DNA from: Histomonas meleagridis 2922-C6/04-290x
Taxonomy: Eukaryota > Protista > Parabasalia
Assembly (NCBI GenBank): GCA_020184695.1
Contig: JAANOX010000085.1
Location: forward strand, 372,001-436,000
Length of the DNA: 64,000 nt
Direction: 5' to 3'
The position numbers and the translations under genes are program-made. Below are positions 33,596 to 44,876 of this stretch, piece by piece. The notes beneath the pieces are model-generated. The model searched no databases. It saw nothing but the letters and a program-made list of their open reading frames with translations, and had not been told where the DNA came from. Every line of letters starts with the position of its first letter. Position 1 is the stretch's first letter.

Positions 33596-33819
33596 ATTCA
33601 AATATGGCAACGATAGCTCTCAAATATGGAAACAGACTTAGTCAAAATGGCAACAAACTTCGTTAAAAGCGAACGATAAGATATTAAAAATTGTTTGGTT
33701 TATTTTTGAGAAATAGCACTTTTGCATTCCCGATTGTGATATGAAAAATGATCGTTGTCATATGGCAAGAGATTTTCAAAATGGCAATATGGCACCATTG
33801 CTCCCTGTTGGGGGAGTCT
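33596..33819 (+). mobile_element. Dispersed repeat, related to 62233-62449 and the 58290-58824 element
   Basis: Shares ACAGACTTAGTCAAAATGGCAAC, AAAAATTGTTTGGTTTATTTTT and terminal GAGTCTA with 62233-62449. Confidence 0.6.
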
Positions 33820-34103
33820 ACATTTTTGTGCATATATCAATAAAAAAATTATAAATTATTAAACGGTTGAAATTATTAAACATTTTCGACTCACATGTGA
33901 CACCTACCACTATAATGATTGCGAAAATTTTAATTTCAAATTTAATTAAAATATGCTAGTCGGAACGAATGGTCAGAATACACAATTTTAAAAAGTGTCA
34001 TTAATTTAAATTATTCAAAATTTTGAATATTTTTTATGGATTTTCTATGGAATTGAATTCCTTATCGTTTTGTTGAAAATTCTGTAACACATGCCTCAAT
34101 TTC

Positions 34104-35111
34104 ATGCGCATGATTTTGCAGGCCTTATTTATCTGTAAAATACTCAGCAAATGCCCTGTATGCGATCCTGGAGAATTCTGCTCGCCACCATCTTCTTACT
34201 GCACCAAGTGCCCACCAGGAACAATTTCATATATATCAGGTTCATCTTCATGCAGTAGATGTAATTATGGCTATTACAATGAGAAATATGGTGCGACAGA
34301 ATGTAAAGCATGCCCAGCAGGAACAGCCAATGGTGAATTAGGTGCCAATTCATCATCTGCGTGCAAAATTTGTCCACCAGGAACAATTTCATACAAATCA
34401 GCCTCAGCCTCATGCAGCAGATGTAATTATGGCTATTACAATGAGAAATATGGTGCAACAGTATGCAAATCGTGTCCAGCGGGAACAGCCAATAGTGAAT
34501 TAGGTGCCACTTCTTCATCAGCGTGCAAGACATGTCCACCAGGAACAGCAAGCTCACAAGCCTCAGCCTCATGCAGCCGATGCAATTATGGATATTACAA
34601 TGAGGAATATGGTGCATCAGTGTGCAAGCCGTGTCCAGCAGGAACAGCTAATGGTGAATTAGGTGCCAATTCATCATCTGCGTGCAAGACATGTCCGCCA
34701 GGAACAGCAAGCTCACAAGCTTCAGCCGCATGCAGTCGATGCAATTACGGATATTACAATGAGGAATATGGTGCATCAGTGTGCAAGCCGTGTCCAGCAG
34801 GAACAGCTAATGGTGAATTAGGTGCCACTTCATCATCTGCGTGCAAGACATGTCCGCCAGGAACAGCAAGCTCACAAGCTTCAGCCGCATGCAGTCGATG
34901 CAATTACGGATATTACAGTGAGGGATACGGAAATGCGCATTGCGAACCGTGTCCGGGTGGGTATTACAACGACGTAATTGCCGCAACTTCATTCAGCTAT
35001 TGTAAGCGATGTCCTGCAGGGTATGTCAGTAAGGTGGCATCGTCTTACTGCAGCAGGTGCGCAGATGGATATCACCCAAGTGCTGACCAAACTTATTGCA
35101 TCTTAGATTAA
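34104..35111 (+). CDS. Cys-rich CxxC repeat protein (GCC2/GCC3, ephrin-receptor-like repeats), probably secreted
   Basis: Signal-like N-terminus; 53-54-aa units CPPGT...CSRCNYGYYNE.YGA..CK.CPAGT (159-162 nt; starts at 34371, 34533, 34692, 34851); no TM helix. Confidence 0.85.
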   Translation: MRMILQALFICKILSKCPVCDPGEFCSPPSSYCTKCPPGTISYISGSSSCSRCNYGYYNEKYGATECKACPAGTANGELGANSSSACKICPPGTISYKSASASCSRCNYGYYNEKYGATVCKSCPAGTANSELGATSSSACKTCPPGTASSQASASCSRCNYGYYNEEYGASVCKPCPAGTANGELGANSSSACKTCPPGTASSQASAACSRCNYGYYNEEYGASVCKPCPAGTANGELGATSSSACKTCPPGTASSQASAACSRCNYGYYSEGYGNAHCEPCPGGYYNDVIAATSFSYCKRCPAGYVSKVASSYCSRCADGYHPSADQTYCILD

Positions 35112-35520
35112 GCTTATGATATTTATTATTATCATAAAAAAATGGAGTGATGCAAGTAATTTGTTCAAATTTATTTTTTTATGAATTGTTTAATCAATGT
35201 GTTGAATGACGATGACTTTTATACATGGAATACGTGATGATATAATAGAGTACAAACAAATAATATAAAGATTTACAAAGCACTTCAGTTCTCACCTTAG
35301 CCATTTTATAGAACACGCAAAACTTGCCTGAAACATTGAAAATTTGAAAGAAAATTTGCTCAGATTTTTCTGACAACAGTTTGACGGTTTAGATTATTTT
35401 TTGACTTGATTAACAAAATAAAATCAATTCAAACTCAAAATTTATAAACTATTCAAATCAGATGATCACTTTTCGCCTTTTCCAAAAAAACAAAATTTAA
35501 AATCTCTACTACTAAAATAT

Positions 35521-36378
35521 TTATTCATAAGAAAACAAATTATAAATATTTCTAACACGGTAACTATTTTTCAAGAAGTTCATGATGGAAAATAGCTCAT
35601 TGTCTGTTTTCTCATCGAACCATGATGAAATAGCTATTGCATTATAAGGTTGAAACAGATATGCTGTTGGAGAGTTATCAACTATGATAACTTTTTCCAA
35701 TTTTCTGTTGAGCCTTGATAAATCTTTGACAAAATGTCCGCCATATTCTGTACAGCTATCTCTGTAAAGTCTGTGCTTGATATTGTGATCTTCATCAATG
35801 AAATTTATGACTTGATCTGCATATGGTTTGCAAGAAGCAGTGAAAATCACAAGCTCAAATAAGCTTCCTAATGTTTTAAGAAACTCCTTAGCTCCAGGAC
35901 GAATGTTAACTGAAACAGGAACTTCAGTTCCATTACCTACATTTAATAAAAATGAATAATCTGGATTCTTTGTTTCTTGAAAGGAACTGTGAACAAGCGT
36001 TTCATCTAGATCCAGTACAAGACAAATTTTCTTCTGTACACCTTCAATTGGTGGGAGCAAAGTTGAAGAATTATTTTGATATTTCACAATTTCAGCAGAA
36101 TCAGCGCGTGGTGTGTTTTTTGCACCCGAAAAGTCAGTATTTTTCCTTGATGTTTCAGTTTTTATTTCATAACCAACAGTCGGTTTGGGATCCATTGGAG
36201 ATTCATCTTGTTCATTAATAGGTGACTTAATTTCGGATTCTAAACGAAGGATTGTTTCTCTGTTGATTTCTATTCCTTCATTTTCTTGTGTTGGCATTAA
36301 ATCAATTGGACTAAATGGCCGCCAGAACAAGTTGGATAAAAATTTCAAAGGACTAAATTGAACCAAAAAAATTTTCAC
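35521..36378 (-). CDS. SCP/FCP1-like CTD small phosphatase (NIF family)
   Basis: LVLDLDETLVHS, RPGAKEFL, VKDLSRLNR, IIVDNSP. True start may be the downstream MPTQEN. Confidence 0.93.
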   Translation of the reverse strand: MKIFLVQFSPLKFLSNLFWRPFSPIDLMPTQENEGIEINRETILRLESEIKSPINEQDESPMDPKPTVGYEIKTETSRKNTDFSGAKNTPRADSAEIVKYQNNSSTLLPPIEGVQKKICLVLDLDETLVHSSFQETKNPDYSFLLNVGNGTEVPVSVNIRPGAKEFLKTLGSLFELVIFTASCKPYADQVINFIDEDHNIKHRLYRDSCTEYGGHFVKDLSRLNRKLEKVIIVDNSPTAYLFQPYNAIAISSWFDEKTDNELFSIMNFLKNSYRVRNIYNLFSYE

Positions 36379-36690
36379 TTGATAACTTTCAATGTATTGG
36401 ATTCAAAAATTTGAATCGGTTTCTGTAAGTTATTACAATAATGTTTTTGACGGTTTCAGAAACCGTTCGCTCATAAAATTAATCGTCGATAACGTTTTTT
36501 TTAAGGTGTGGCTTTTCGACTTTTTGATGAAACTCATAGAAAAAATTTTGAATAAACAGAGGTCACAATTTATCATACGAGAGGCCTATCGTGTTTACAA
36601 CAAAAAAAAGTTTCTATGAAATTCATAGAAAAAAAATTGAATATAAAATCGTTATTTGGTGTACGACGAGAGATAACAAGTTAATACATT

Positions 36691-37731
36691 TTATTGATAA
36701 AGCTCTAAAATTGACGATGGTGGATCTAACCCTTCAACAATTCGATATGTTTTTGTAATTAGTGGGAACTTATTTGCTTCTTTTCTTATATCTAATATTT
36801 TATAGATTTCTCGTGCAGCAATTGTACCCTGAAGTTTTTGACCTTTAAGAAGTTCTCTTTCAATTTCATCCCACTTTTTCCCTGTTTTAACAAATTCAAT
36901 GGCACATTTTCGATTTCGTCCACCATATGCAGTTGCAATCAAATCAGCAGTACCACAAGACTCGAGAAGTGTTTTCTCTTTGATATTTTTATCCGGAAAG
37001 TACCATTTTGCAAATTTGTACATTTCTTCAAGTCCAATACGAATTATAGCTGCTTTTGTATTTTCACCGTATCCAAGTCCATCAATGAATCCCGCAGCAA
37101 GAGCTATGACATTCTTCAAGGTTCCCAATAATTGTTGAAAACAAACATCATCAATAATCCTGCACTTGAAGTACTTACAGTTGAATAATGGGAACCACCT
37201 TTCAGCTATATTCCGATCAGAGAATGCAATTGTTCCTTCAGAGAATTGTTCCATTGCAACATTCCTAGCGATATTTGCACCTGATAAACCACCACAAGGG
37301 AACCCGAGTACCCTTTCGACTGTTTCTGGTATTAGTTCGATTTTATCGTCTTTGATTGAGACACCTTTTGTGAGATTTATTCCTGATGAGTTTGGGGCTG
37401 CTTTGCCTTTAATCTTTTCGAGGAGCCCAGGAAGGTACTGATGTGGTGTGACGAAAACAAAATAATCACAACCTTCTGCAGCTTCTGAGAGATCAGAGAT
37501 AGCTAAAATATTATCTGGTAATTTAATTCCTGGTAAATATTTTATGTTTTCATGTGTTTCGTTGATTATATCAACTAATGATCTTCCATTAACGATTTCA
37601 TTATAAACATACATTCGAATTGTTGGATCGAATGAATCCTTTAATGGCTCGTTTTTAATATTTTCTGCAATGATTTTTGTAACTGTTGATCCCCAGTTAC
37701 CAGATCCGACAATGCAAACCTTATGTACCAT
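36691..37731 (-). CDS. GPD1: Glycerol-3-phosphate dehydrogenase (NAD+)
   Basis: IVGSGNWGS, HENIKYLPGIKLP, LSGANIA, GTLKNVIALAAG, ESCGTADLIAT.YGGRNR. Confidence 0.95.
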   Translation of the reverse strand: MVHKVCIVGSGNWGSTVTKIIAENIKNEPLKDSFDPTIRMYVYNEIVNGRSLVDIINETHENIKYLPGIKLPDNILAISDLSEAAEGCDYFVFVTPHQYLPGLLEKIKGKAAPNSSGINLTKGVSIKDDKIELIPETVERVLGFPCGGLSGANIARNVAMEQFSEGTIAFSDRNIAERWFPLFNCKYFKCRIIDDVCFQQLLGTLKNVIALAAGFIDGLGYGENTKAAIIRIGLEEMYKFAKWYFPDKNIKEKTLLESCGTADLIATAYGGRNRKCAIEFVKTGKKWDEIERELLKGQKLQGTIAAREIYKILDIRKEANKFPLITKTYRIVEGLDPPSSILELYQ

Positions 37732-38597
37732 GCAAAACTTTGGCCCGATTGAAATCCAACCGTTGATTCAATAAATTGTTTAACGAGTACTTTTTTCAAT
37801 GTGTGAAATTGAATGCAGCGACCTCTCTTTATTACAAATTTCAGTCTATCGTCCAGTTGTTTGGTCGCTACTTGGTCCAATATTGTGAAGCGCGATAAGA
37901 CATTTTCAAACCCCAAAAAAATGATGACATGTGATGTGAAAATATTTTTATATTTCATATTTAACTTTTTCCCTATTTAGTTAAACGCATATAATGGTTT
38001 AAAACCAATGATTGATTCTGTTTTGTTTTTAGGTTATTTTACAAAAGATTTTTCAATTCTATTTCGTGTGGAAGGTTTACATTAATAATTTTTTTTGAAG
38101 CATACAATGCAAGCAAATAAAATAAATCCAAAAAGTTATATATACCTACTTTAATGGAATTACTTAAATCAAGAAAACCTTAAATTAATTGAACAAACAT
38201 TTTATATGAGTTGGATTCCTCATACAATTTTATCTAAATAAGAAATTTATAAACAAAGCAAACTAAAGAAGAAGAAATCGACAAAAATATTCATAAAATT
38301 ATTATAATTTTTGTTAATCATTTGGTTGGTGTTCGTTCACAAGAATCATCTTGTATAGAATGAATAATAATAGTTAATTAGACCATAATCATTAATTTCA
38401 ATTATGAATTTTATTCATTGTTTTGTTTAAGTTTCATTAATATTACAATAATGTTCCTGATACCATGTTTTAAATTGTAATTAACTTTATCATTATGAGA
38501 TAAATCAAAGTGAATGCCTTGTTACATATCGCTATGTGTTTCAGCTAATGTACAAATTTTATATCGAATTCTCATTAAAATCAAAACATCCGCAACA

Positions 38598-39824
38598 TTA
38601 CTCTTTACTTATCTGATTAATTTTCCTAAACAAAGGAACAATTTCATTTCTATAGTTCGGGTATTCCTTTTCCAGTTCCGGCTCTTCCCTCAGCAATCTT
38701 TTAAACCTATTAAATGTTTCCAACGCGTCTTTATAATTCCCGTGCCGATAATAACAAATTGCCAAATTTATCAAAATTTGATGCGAATAAATTTTTTGCA
38801 ATTCGTAGTTAAATATTTCTTCCGCTTCATCGTATTCCCCAATGTTCATCAAAGCAACTGCGAGTCCAACTGCTGCACCTCTTACACTTGGATCTAATTT
38901 CTTTGCCCGCCTTAATATTATCGCTGCGCTGCAGTACATTTTCATGTTTAAAAATATTAATCCGATGTTCGAAAGTGGCAACGATTCATATGGAGCAAGG
39001 AAATTGGCTTTTTTAAAGCATGCAATGGCCGCCTCGTTTCGATGTTTGGCATATATTAGTAAACCAACGTTATTCCAGAGTGATGGTGAATTCATGAGAT
39101 TTTGAAATGACCGTCGATAGAGATTAAGGCTTTCAGAAACGTGGTTTTGCTCTTGAAGAATTGAGCCTGAATATAATAATGACATTGAATCTTGTTCATT
39201 TTTGGAATATGATTGCTCAAAATTTGTTAATGCTTTTTCAAGCTTGGTTTGTGAAATAAGAAGTTTGCCTATGCGCCGTCGAAGGTTTGGATTGTTTGAA
39301 TGATATTTGAGTGATTCTTTAATGATGATTTCAAGTGAAGAAGTATCATGTTGAAGGTCGTAGATATTAATAAGTTCAAGAAATGTTTCAAGACGTGGAT
39401 CTGCATCAAGTGCAAATTGAAATGATTCAATGGATTCGGAAAATTTCCGGAGACGATAATAATTTAGTCCTAATAATTGATATACTTCCCATATATTACC
39501 TTCAGGATTTTCTTCTAATTTAAGTAATATCTTTAGTGATTGTTGAAAGCGACCAAGAAAGAATAAGCACTTAGCAATTTCAAGAGAATGCCGAATATTT
39601 TCTGAATCTAAATCATACGCTAATTGAAAACAACCCAAAGCTTCATCAATACGACCTTGCGCACGAAGAACACAACCTTTTAACGAAAGAGCTTCGGCAT
39701 TATCCGGAGTTTTACGAAGAATCTGATCAACAACGTTCATGCACATATCAAATTGTTCAAGAACATAAAAGCGATGTGCAAGCCACTCGCTAGGGTGTCG
39801 ATCAAGAATTCTCACATTGTTCAT
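38598..39824 (-). CDS. BBS4: BBSome TPR subunit BBS4-like
   Basis: WLAHRFY..., LRAQGRIDEALGCF, SPSLWNNVG, AIACFKKANFLAP and TPR repeats match the BBS4 pattern. Confidence 0.75.
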   Translation of the reverse strand: MNNVRILDRHPSEWLAHRFYVLEQFDMCMNVVDQILRKTPDNAEALSLKGCVLRAQGRIDEALGCFQLAYDLDSENIRHSLEIAKCLFFLGRFQQSLKILLKLEENPEGNIWEVYQLLGLNYYRLRKFSESIESFQFALDADPRLETFLELINIYDLQHDTSSLEIIIKESLKYHSNNPNLRRRIGKLLISQTKLEKALTNFEQSYSKNEQDSMSLLYSGSILQEQNHVSESLNLYRRSFQNLMNSPSLWNNVGLLIYAKHRNEAAIACFKKANFLAPYESLPLSNIGLIFLNMKMYCSAAIILRRAKKLDPSVRGAAVGLAVALMNIGEYDEAEEIFNYELQKIYSHQILINLAICYYRHGNYKDALETFNRFKRLLREEPELEKEYPNYRNEIVPLFRKINQISKE

Positions 39825-40480
39825 CTAGCAAATCCGTTTAAGAACGTTTTTTCTTAACGTTCGATTTGTTGTTTGTACTTTTTAGGCAATAAAAAATATT
39901 TATTTGTATAATTTATAAAACAACGATTCTAAGTTGTGCTAAAAATAAATTTCTAAAATAAACCAGGTCGCCACTTGAGAAATTTTTATCATCAAATTTT
40001 GTAAATGGGAGAAAAATTTGAATGAATTTTTTCCCTTGTCGTTTTCAGATTCTCAAATCAATATAATATAAAATTCGTCTAAAATTTCTCATGAATGACT
40101 AGAAAAAATAAATAAAAAAAAAAAATCGATTAAAAATTATATTTCATGAGTAACAAAATTTTTTGATTTAAAATATAAATTTTTATATAGTTCATGAAAT
40201 GCTTACATATGGAATGAAAAAAGATGAAAAAAATATACTTTTTGGGAGTTGAAGTACTTCAACTCTTATTTTTTTGTATGAATAATATTCTCTAAAAATC
40301 CTAATAATTTGGAATACATTAGTACAAATTTAGTCAATTTTTATACATGAATTACTGCATTGATTTGATGATGCTATAAAAACAACTCTACTTTCCTGCA
40401 ATTTCACAGATTAAATACACAGTAGGTTTTAGGCATGTTAAATTAAATTTTTTTAGTTAATATGACCATTTTTAATGAAT

Positions 40481-41213
40481 TTATTGCTGGCTTGAAATTT
40501 TGTCCAGAAGAGTCATACAAAGATCTGTGCTTGTTTTCGTAGCAACTTCCAAAAGGTTTTCAAAGTCAACTGTGTTATCCTTTTTTTCAATAGCAATGTC
40601 ACTAATAAGATCTTATTGACAAGACAGGCTTATTAAATTTAGTACATATTTGGGCAATTGAAGTTCCCTCCATTTCAACACATGCAACATCGCTGAACAA
40701 TTCTTTGATTTTTTGAACTTGCTCATCAGTTCTTATAAACGAGTCAGACGAACCCAAAAGGCCGTAATGAACTTTTGTTGGAATTTTTGATTCACTTTCT
40801 AATTCTTTTATCATTTGAATTAATTCTTTTGATACATTATTATATCTTGGTTGATCATATGGAACTTGACCAGGAAGAAATCCCAAGTTTGTTGCATCCA
40901 CATCCGTGTAAATAAATTCTTCTGCAATAAATAAATCAAGAAGTTTTTGTCCTTCTTTAAATCCACCTGCAACTCCGACATTAATAATAATATCCGGTTC
41001 GTATTTCATAATCATTACAGTTGTTGTAAGTGCTGAATTAACTTTTCCAACTCCGCTTAATGTAATGATTAGTTCCAAACCAGAATATTGAACAATATAA
41101 AATTTTTTTCCATATATTTCTTCTACATTTGTTTGTTCTTTTGTGAACCTTTTGACAAGCTCGTCTAACTCATAAGTCATGGCTTCAATAAAACCTATTC
41201 TCTTTGCACGCAT
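40481..41213 (-). pseudogene. mtnN: MTA/SAH nucleosidase (Pfs/MtnN-like) with a 1-nt frameshift near 40605
   Basis: SGVGKVNSA, IINVGVAGG, VEMEGTSIAQ. Frame 0 stops at RSY*; the +1 frame continues SDIAIEKKDNTVDFENLLEVATKTS...* at 40481. Confidence 0.8.
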
Positions 41214-41302
41214 TTTCTGTTGTAAAATGGTGAAGTGATACTTAACGTATGAAGAAAAGATCCTTAACAATTGATTTATTCATGTTTAAAAGCATAAATA
41301 TG

Positions 41303-41854
41303 TTATTTTTTGTGATTAATTTGTTGTTCAAGCCATTCTAATCCACTTTGTAAGCCATCTCCTGTAATAGCACATGCTTTAGTCATGAACCATTTGCGAT
41401 TTTTAACTTCAGCTAAGCCAAGCCTTGCTACAAGTTTGTCTGGTTGAACAGCATCTGGTAGATCTTGTTTATTTGCATATATTAGTAAAGATGTTTCACG
41501 CAATTCGTCCTCTTTTAATAATTTTTGCAGTTCATCCCTTGCATCGTCAAGGCTAGTTGTATCATTTGAATCCACTACAAAAATTATACCTTGGGTATCA
41601 TGAAAATATTGTCTGTATAAAGTATCAAAAAACATTTCTCTATTGTTACCTCCCGTGTCCCACATCTCAAGTTGCAAGGTTTTGTATTTGACTGTTTGAA
41701 TGTTAAAGCCAATTGTTGGGATTGTTGGTAAATTTTCGGCGTTCATGAGTTTACAAAGAAGTTTGGTTTTTCCTGATCCATTGGTGCCCATAACAAATAT
41801 TTTGATTTTTTGATTGCCTGAATCTTTGCAAGCACCACTGAGGAAAGAACCCAT
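41303..41854 (-). CDS. ARF/ARL-family small GTPase, atypical
   Basis: MG start, GTNGSGKT, PTIGFN, WDTGG, ANKQD, CAITGDGL. Confidence 0.9.
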   Translation of the reverse strand: MGSFLSGACKDSGNQKIKIFVMGTNGSGKTKLLCKLMNAENLPTIPTIGFNIQTVKYKTLQLEMWDTGGNNREMFFDTLYRQYFHDTQGIIFVVDSNDTTSLDDARDELQKLLKEDELRETSLLIYANKQDLPDAVQPDKLVARLGLAEVKNRKWFMTKACAITGDGLQSGLEWLEQQINHKK

Positions 41855-42579
41855 TTAAACAAAACATTCGACCAGTTAACAATTCAAAATTTAATTAAGC
41901 AAAGTTTTGCCCCTTTTTCATTGTTTGTCAATGTTAGCTCGATCTTTTATTTTTGTTTATATATCAAGTCTTGACAATCTGCATTAGTTAATTTCAAGAA
42001 ATATATTTTTATTAGTAATTTAAAATAATTTTCAATTTTGAAATTGTTAAACAAATAATTTGTATAGTATCTTTTATAAATATTCCATGTAAAGCAATTA
42101 ATTGAGTTGAGGTTGTGTTGAACGAAAGTATTTATTAAATTGATTTGCAGTTAAATAATAAAAAATAACGCATGAGTTGTTATTATTCCTAATCCAGAAT
42201 TCTTTGCTTTCTCCAAAATATATATATTGCAGATAATATTAATTACAGAATATATAGCATCCATCACGTTTTTCTGTTCAAATGTGGAGTGAAATTAAGT
42301 TTTGTAATGAAATATTTTTGTTCAACAAACTCTATTTCCTGCCTTTTTATTCATATGTTCAAGGCATTTAAAAATTATTTGGTCATTAAATTTATCATTG
42401 ATCTTACTTTTTTCAAAATAATATGAAGAATTTATTTAAAAAAATTTACTAATTAAATTATTAAGATCTTTTGAAGTGTATTTTCAAAGAAAACATATAC
42501 ATAGAAAATGCCACTTTCAGCATTATTTTTTAGATGATAGGAGCTAAAACACCAAACATAATAATACATAATAATCTTG

Positions 42580-42700
42580 AACCTCATAAATGATGAATTA
42601 ACGAATAAGTTAATTCAAATGAAATCTCAAAAACATCACGAAATGATGAAATCGAAAAACTTCAAGAAATGTCATCACAAACAAATAACATTGTAAGCAA
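42580..42700 (+). pseudogene. Relic fragment of the DUF3447-ankyrin family
   Basis: RNDEIEKLQEMSSQTN matches NDEIEKLQEISSQ(T)N in the three ankyrin ORFs; no flanking open frame. Confidence 0.55.
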
Positions 42701-42787
42701 TCAGTCGAAAGTTACTTTGTTTCATTAATTGATTCTTCACCAAATTTTTCTTTGATTAAATGATTTGATTATTTACTTATGATATCC

Positions 42788-43444
42788 TCAAACGAATGCT
42801 ATGAATGCGCACACAGCTTTTCCATCCACATTCTTTGCATATACCGCATAATTTCCATCTCCGTCGCCACTATACGTCACCACTCCGCCGGGCACCAGCA
42901 TCATCAATTCTTCCGATTCCATCAATTTCATATACAGCTCGCTGAACTCTTGAAACAATTTATTTTCTCCTTTTGCCTTATATGATCCATCTCTCACAAC
43001 GAATTCTCCGATTGTATCTGCTGAATCATTTTCGTCATGAATTTCGATATCATTTTCATTATAAAAATGTGAATGCGTAACAAACATTACCATACCGACA
43101 TTACAATCAACTGTACCACATTTCACGAAGCCATTTACTTCTTCTTTTTCTTCATCTTCATTAGAGTAAATCTGATTTGGTATTTCATCTATTAAATTTA
43201 CATAGTTCTCATGTACCATAATCAAATGACTTACAGAGTTGTCTTGTTCCTTAATTAATGGAATCCATTTACCACCCAAACAGTGATTAACTTTTGTAGT
43301 TTCTTCAAAATTAACAAATATTTCTCCAGGATCAATAGCTAAAAGCATTTCGTCATCCATTAAATCGATTGTTTTTTCAGGTATTGGAACTTTCCATCTC
43401 GTAGGCTTAGGTTTGTTATCAGTATTAACATTATTATTTACCAT
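42788..43444 (-). CDS. Hypothetical protein with DUF4241-like C-terminus
   Basis: GTVDCNVGMVMF and SGDGDGNYAVYAKNVDGKAVCAFIAF resemble the bacterial VDxG...SGxGDGxYxVY pattern. Confidence 0.5.
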   Translation of the reverse strand: MVNNNVNTDNKPKPTRWKVPIPEKTIDLMDDEMLLAIDPGEIFVNFEETTKVNHCLGGKWIPLIKEQDNSVSHLIMVHENYVNLIDEIPNQIYSNEDEEKEEVNGFVKCGTVDCNVGMVMFVTHSHFYNENDIEIHDENDSADTIGEFVVRDGSYKAKGENKLFQEFSELYMKLMESEELMMLVPGGVVTYSGDGDGNYAVYAKNVDGKAVCAFIAFV

Positions 43445-44821
43445 CTAAACAATTCCCATCCAAGTAATACTTTTACGTAGAAATCCAATCGATGCATTAT
43501 TTGAATATGTAAAATGAACATGAGTTGAAAGAACTGTAATATTTCTTGGATAATTAACACTTCCAGCAAAAACTTCATTACCTCCAAAACTTTGACGATA
43601 ACAAAAAATCGGAGCGCCAACATGAGATAATATATAATATTCATCAACTTCTTCATAATTGGGAGCTCTTAATTCTAATGGTATATCACCAAAACCTTTT
43701 ATGATTCGATAACGATTAAAGGTGTAACTGGTAAATAATTAATGTATCCATCTTTGGTCATTTTATTAAACCCTTCTTCTGAGCAGGGAATATATTGCGT
43801 ACATTCATTAGCATATTTGGGAGTTTCATACGTATAATCAGTGAGAATGAATTTAAGATCTGATATTTTGCTGACGTAAGCGTGATACGTTTCGCTTGTG
43901 ATAGTGGGATCGTAAATGGGTTCTGAAACTACAATTACAAGACGTTCGTCAGATATTGTCGAAATACATTTCAAACTAAAATCTTCAATTGGAATTTCTT
44001 TTTCAACATCGAAAAGTTGATGAGTTATCGGATTGTAAAGTTTAAGTTGGAGTTTTTTAATTAAGAAACCAGAGCCAATTTCGTTGTGCTGGAATAAAAT
44101 GCCTTTGCCTGGAATTGATACTATATTGGGATCAAATATTTTGGAATTTTCATCAACACATTGAAGAACTAGTTCATCATTTTGACGTTCAATTCGAAAT
44201 AGATAATTATAAATAACAACATAGTTCTGTCCCTCAAAGTTTTGCGCGATAATATATGGAGATGGATGTTGTGGCATAAAAACATTGAATACAAATGGTT
44301 TACCATTTAACAAAAAATATTGTACAAAGAGGATGAAACGAAATTATATTATCACGATTTTGATCAGGAACTTGACCATATATAAGCTTCATATTATTCG
44401 GTAATGACAATTGTTGCGAGTTAAAAAAACATTGGGCGTTGTTCTTGGAGAATTGGAATTTTGCACGTGATGTTTCTTATATCGCAATTTTGTTGAAAAT
44501 CTCTATTTACATATTTAACATCACCATCATCTTCGATTATTTTGCCAAAAGCAGTAATGTGGCTTTCCATTGTGACAAAACACTTTGTGATCTCACATTT
44601 ATGAGGGAAATAATAAACGGATATTGGAGCACCCTATTGTAAATTAAACATAAACTTCTCAAATGTATTAACATTCTCCATGAGTAAATTGACTCTTTCA
44701 AAAGTAGGTTGCCATGCCAACATGAAGGTGTCCTTAGATGCTGGGAATTCAATCCAATATAAATTTTAAATGATTGATTTTTTGGGACAGAAGCCACTTC
44801 AAAATTTTTATTTGCTGACAA
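43435..44821 (-). pseudogene. Multiply frameshifted hypothetical gene
   Basis: Consecutive open segments in shifting frames: HKCEITKCFVTMESHITAFGK...PMFF / NSQQLSLPNN...CTIFF / LLNGKPFVFN...PVT / FNRYRIIKGFGDIPLELRAPNYEE...WMGIV*. Two of the shifts lie in T-runs. Confidence 0.5.
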
Positions 44822-44876
44822 ACTATATAAAAATTAAAGATTTATTTCCATTTTTAGTTGTATATCTAAAGGTTGT

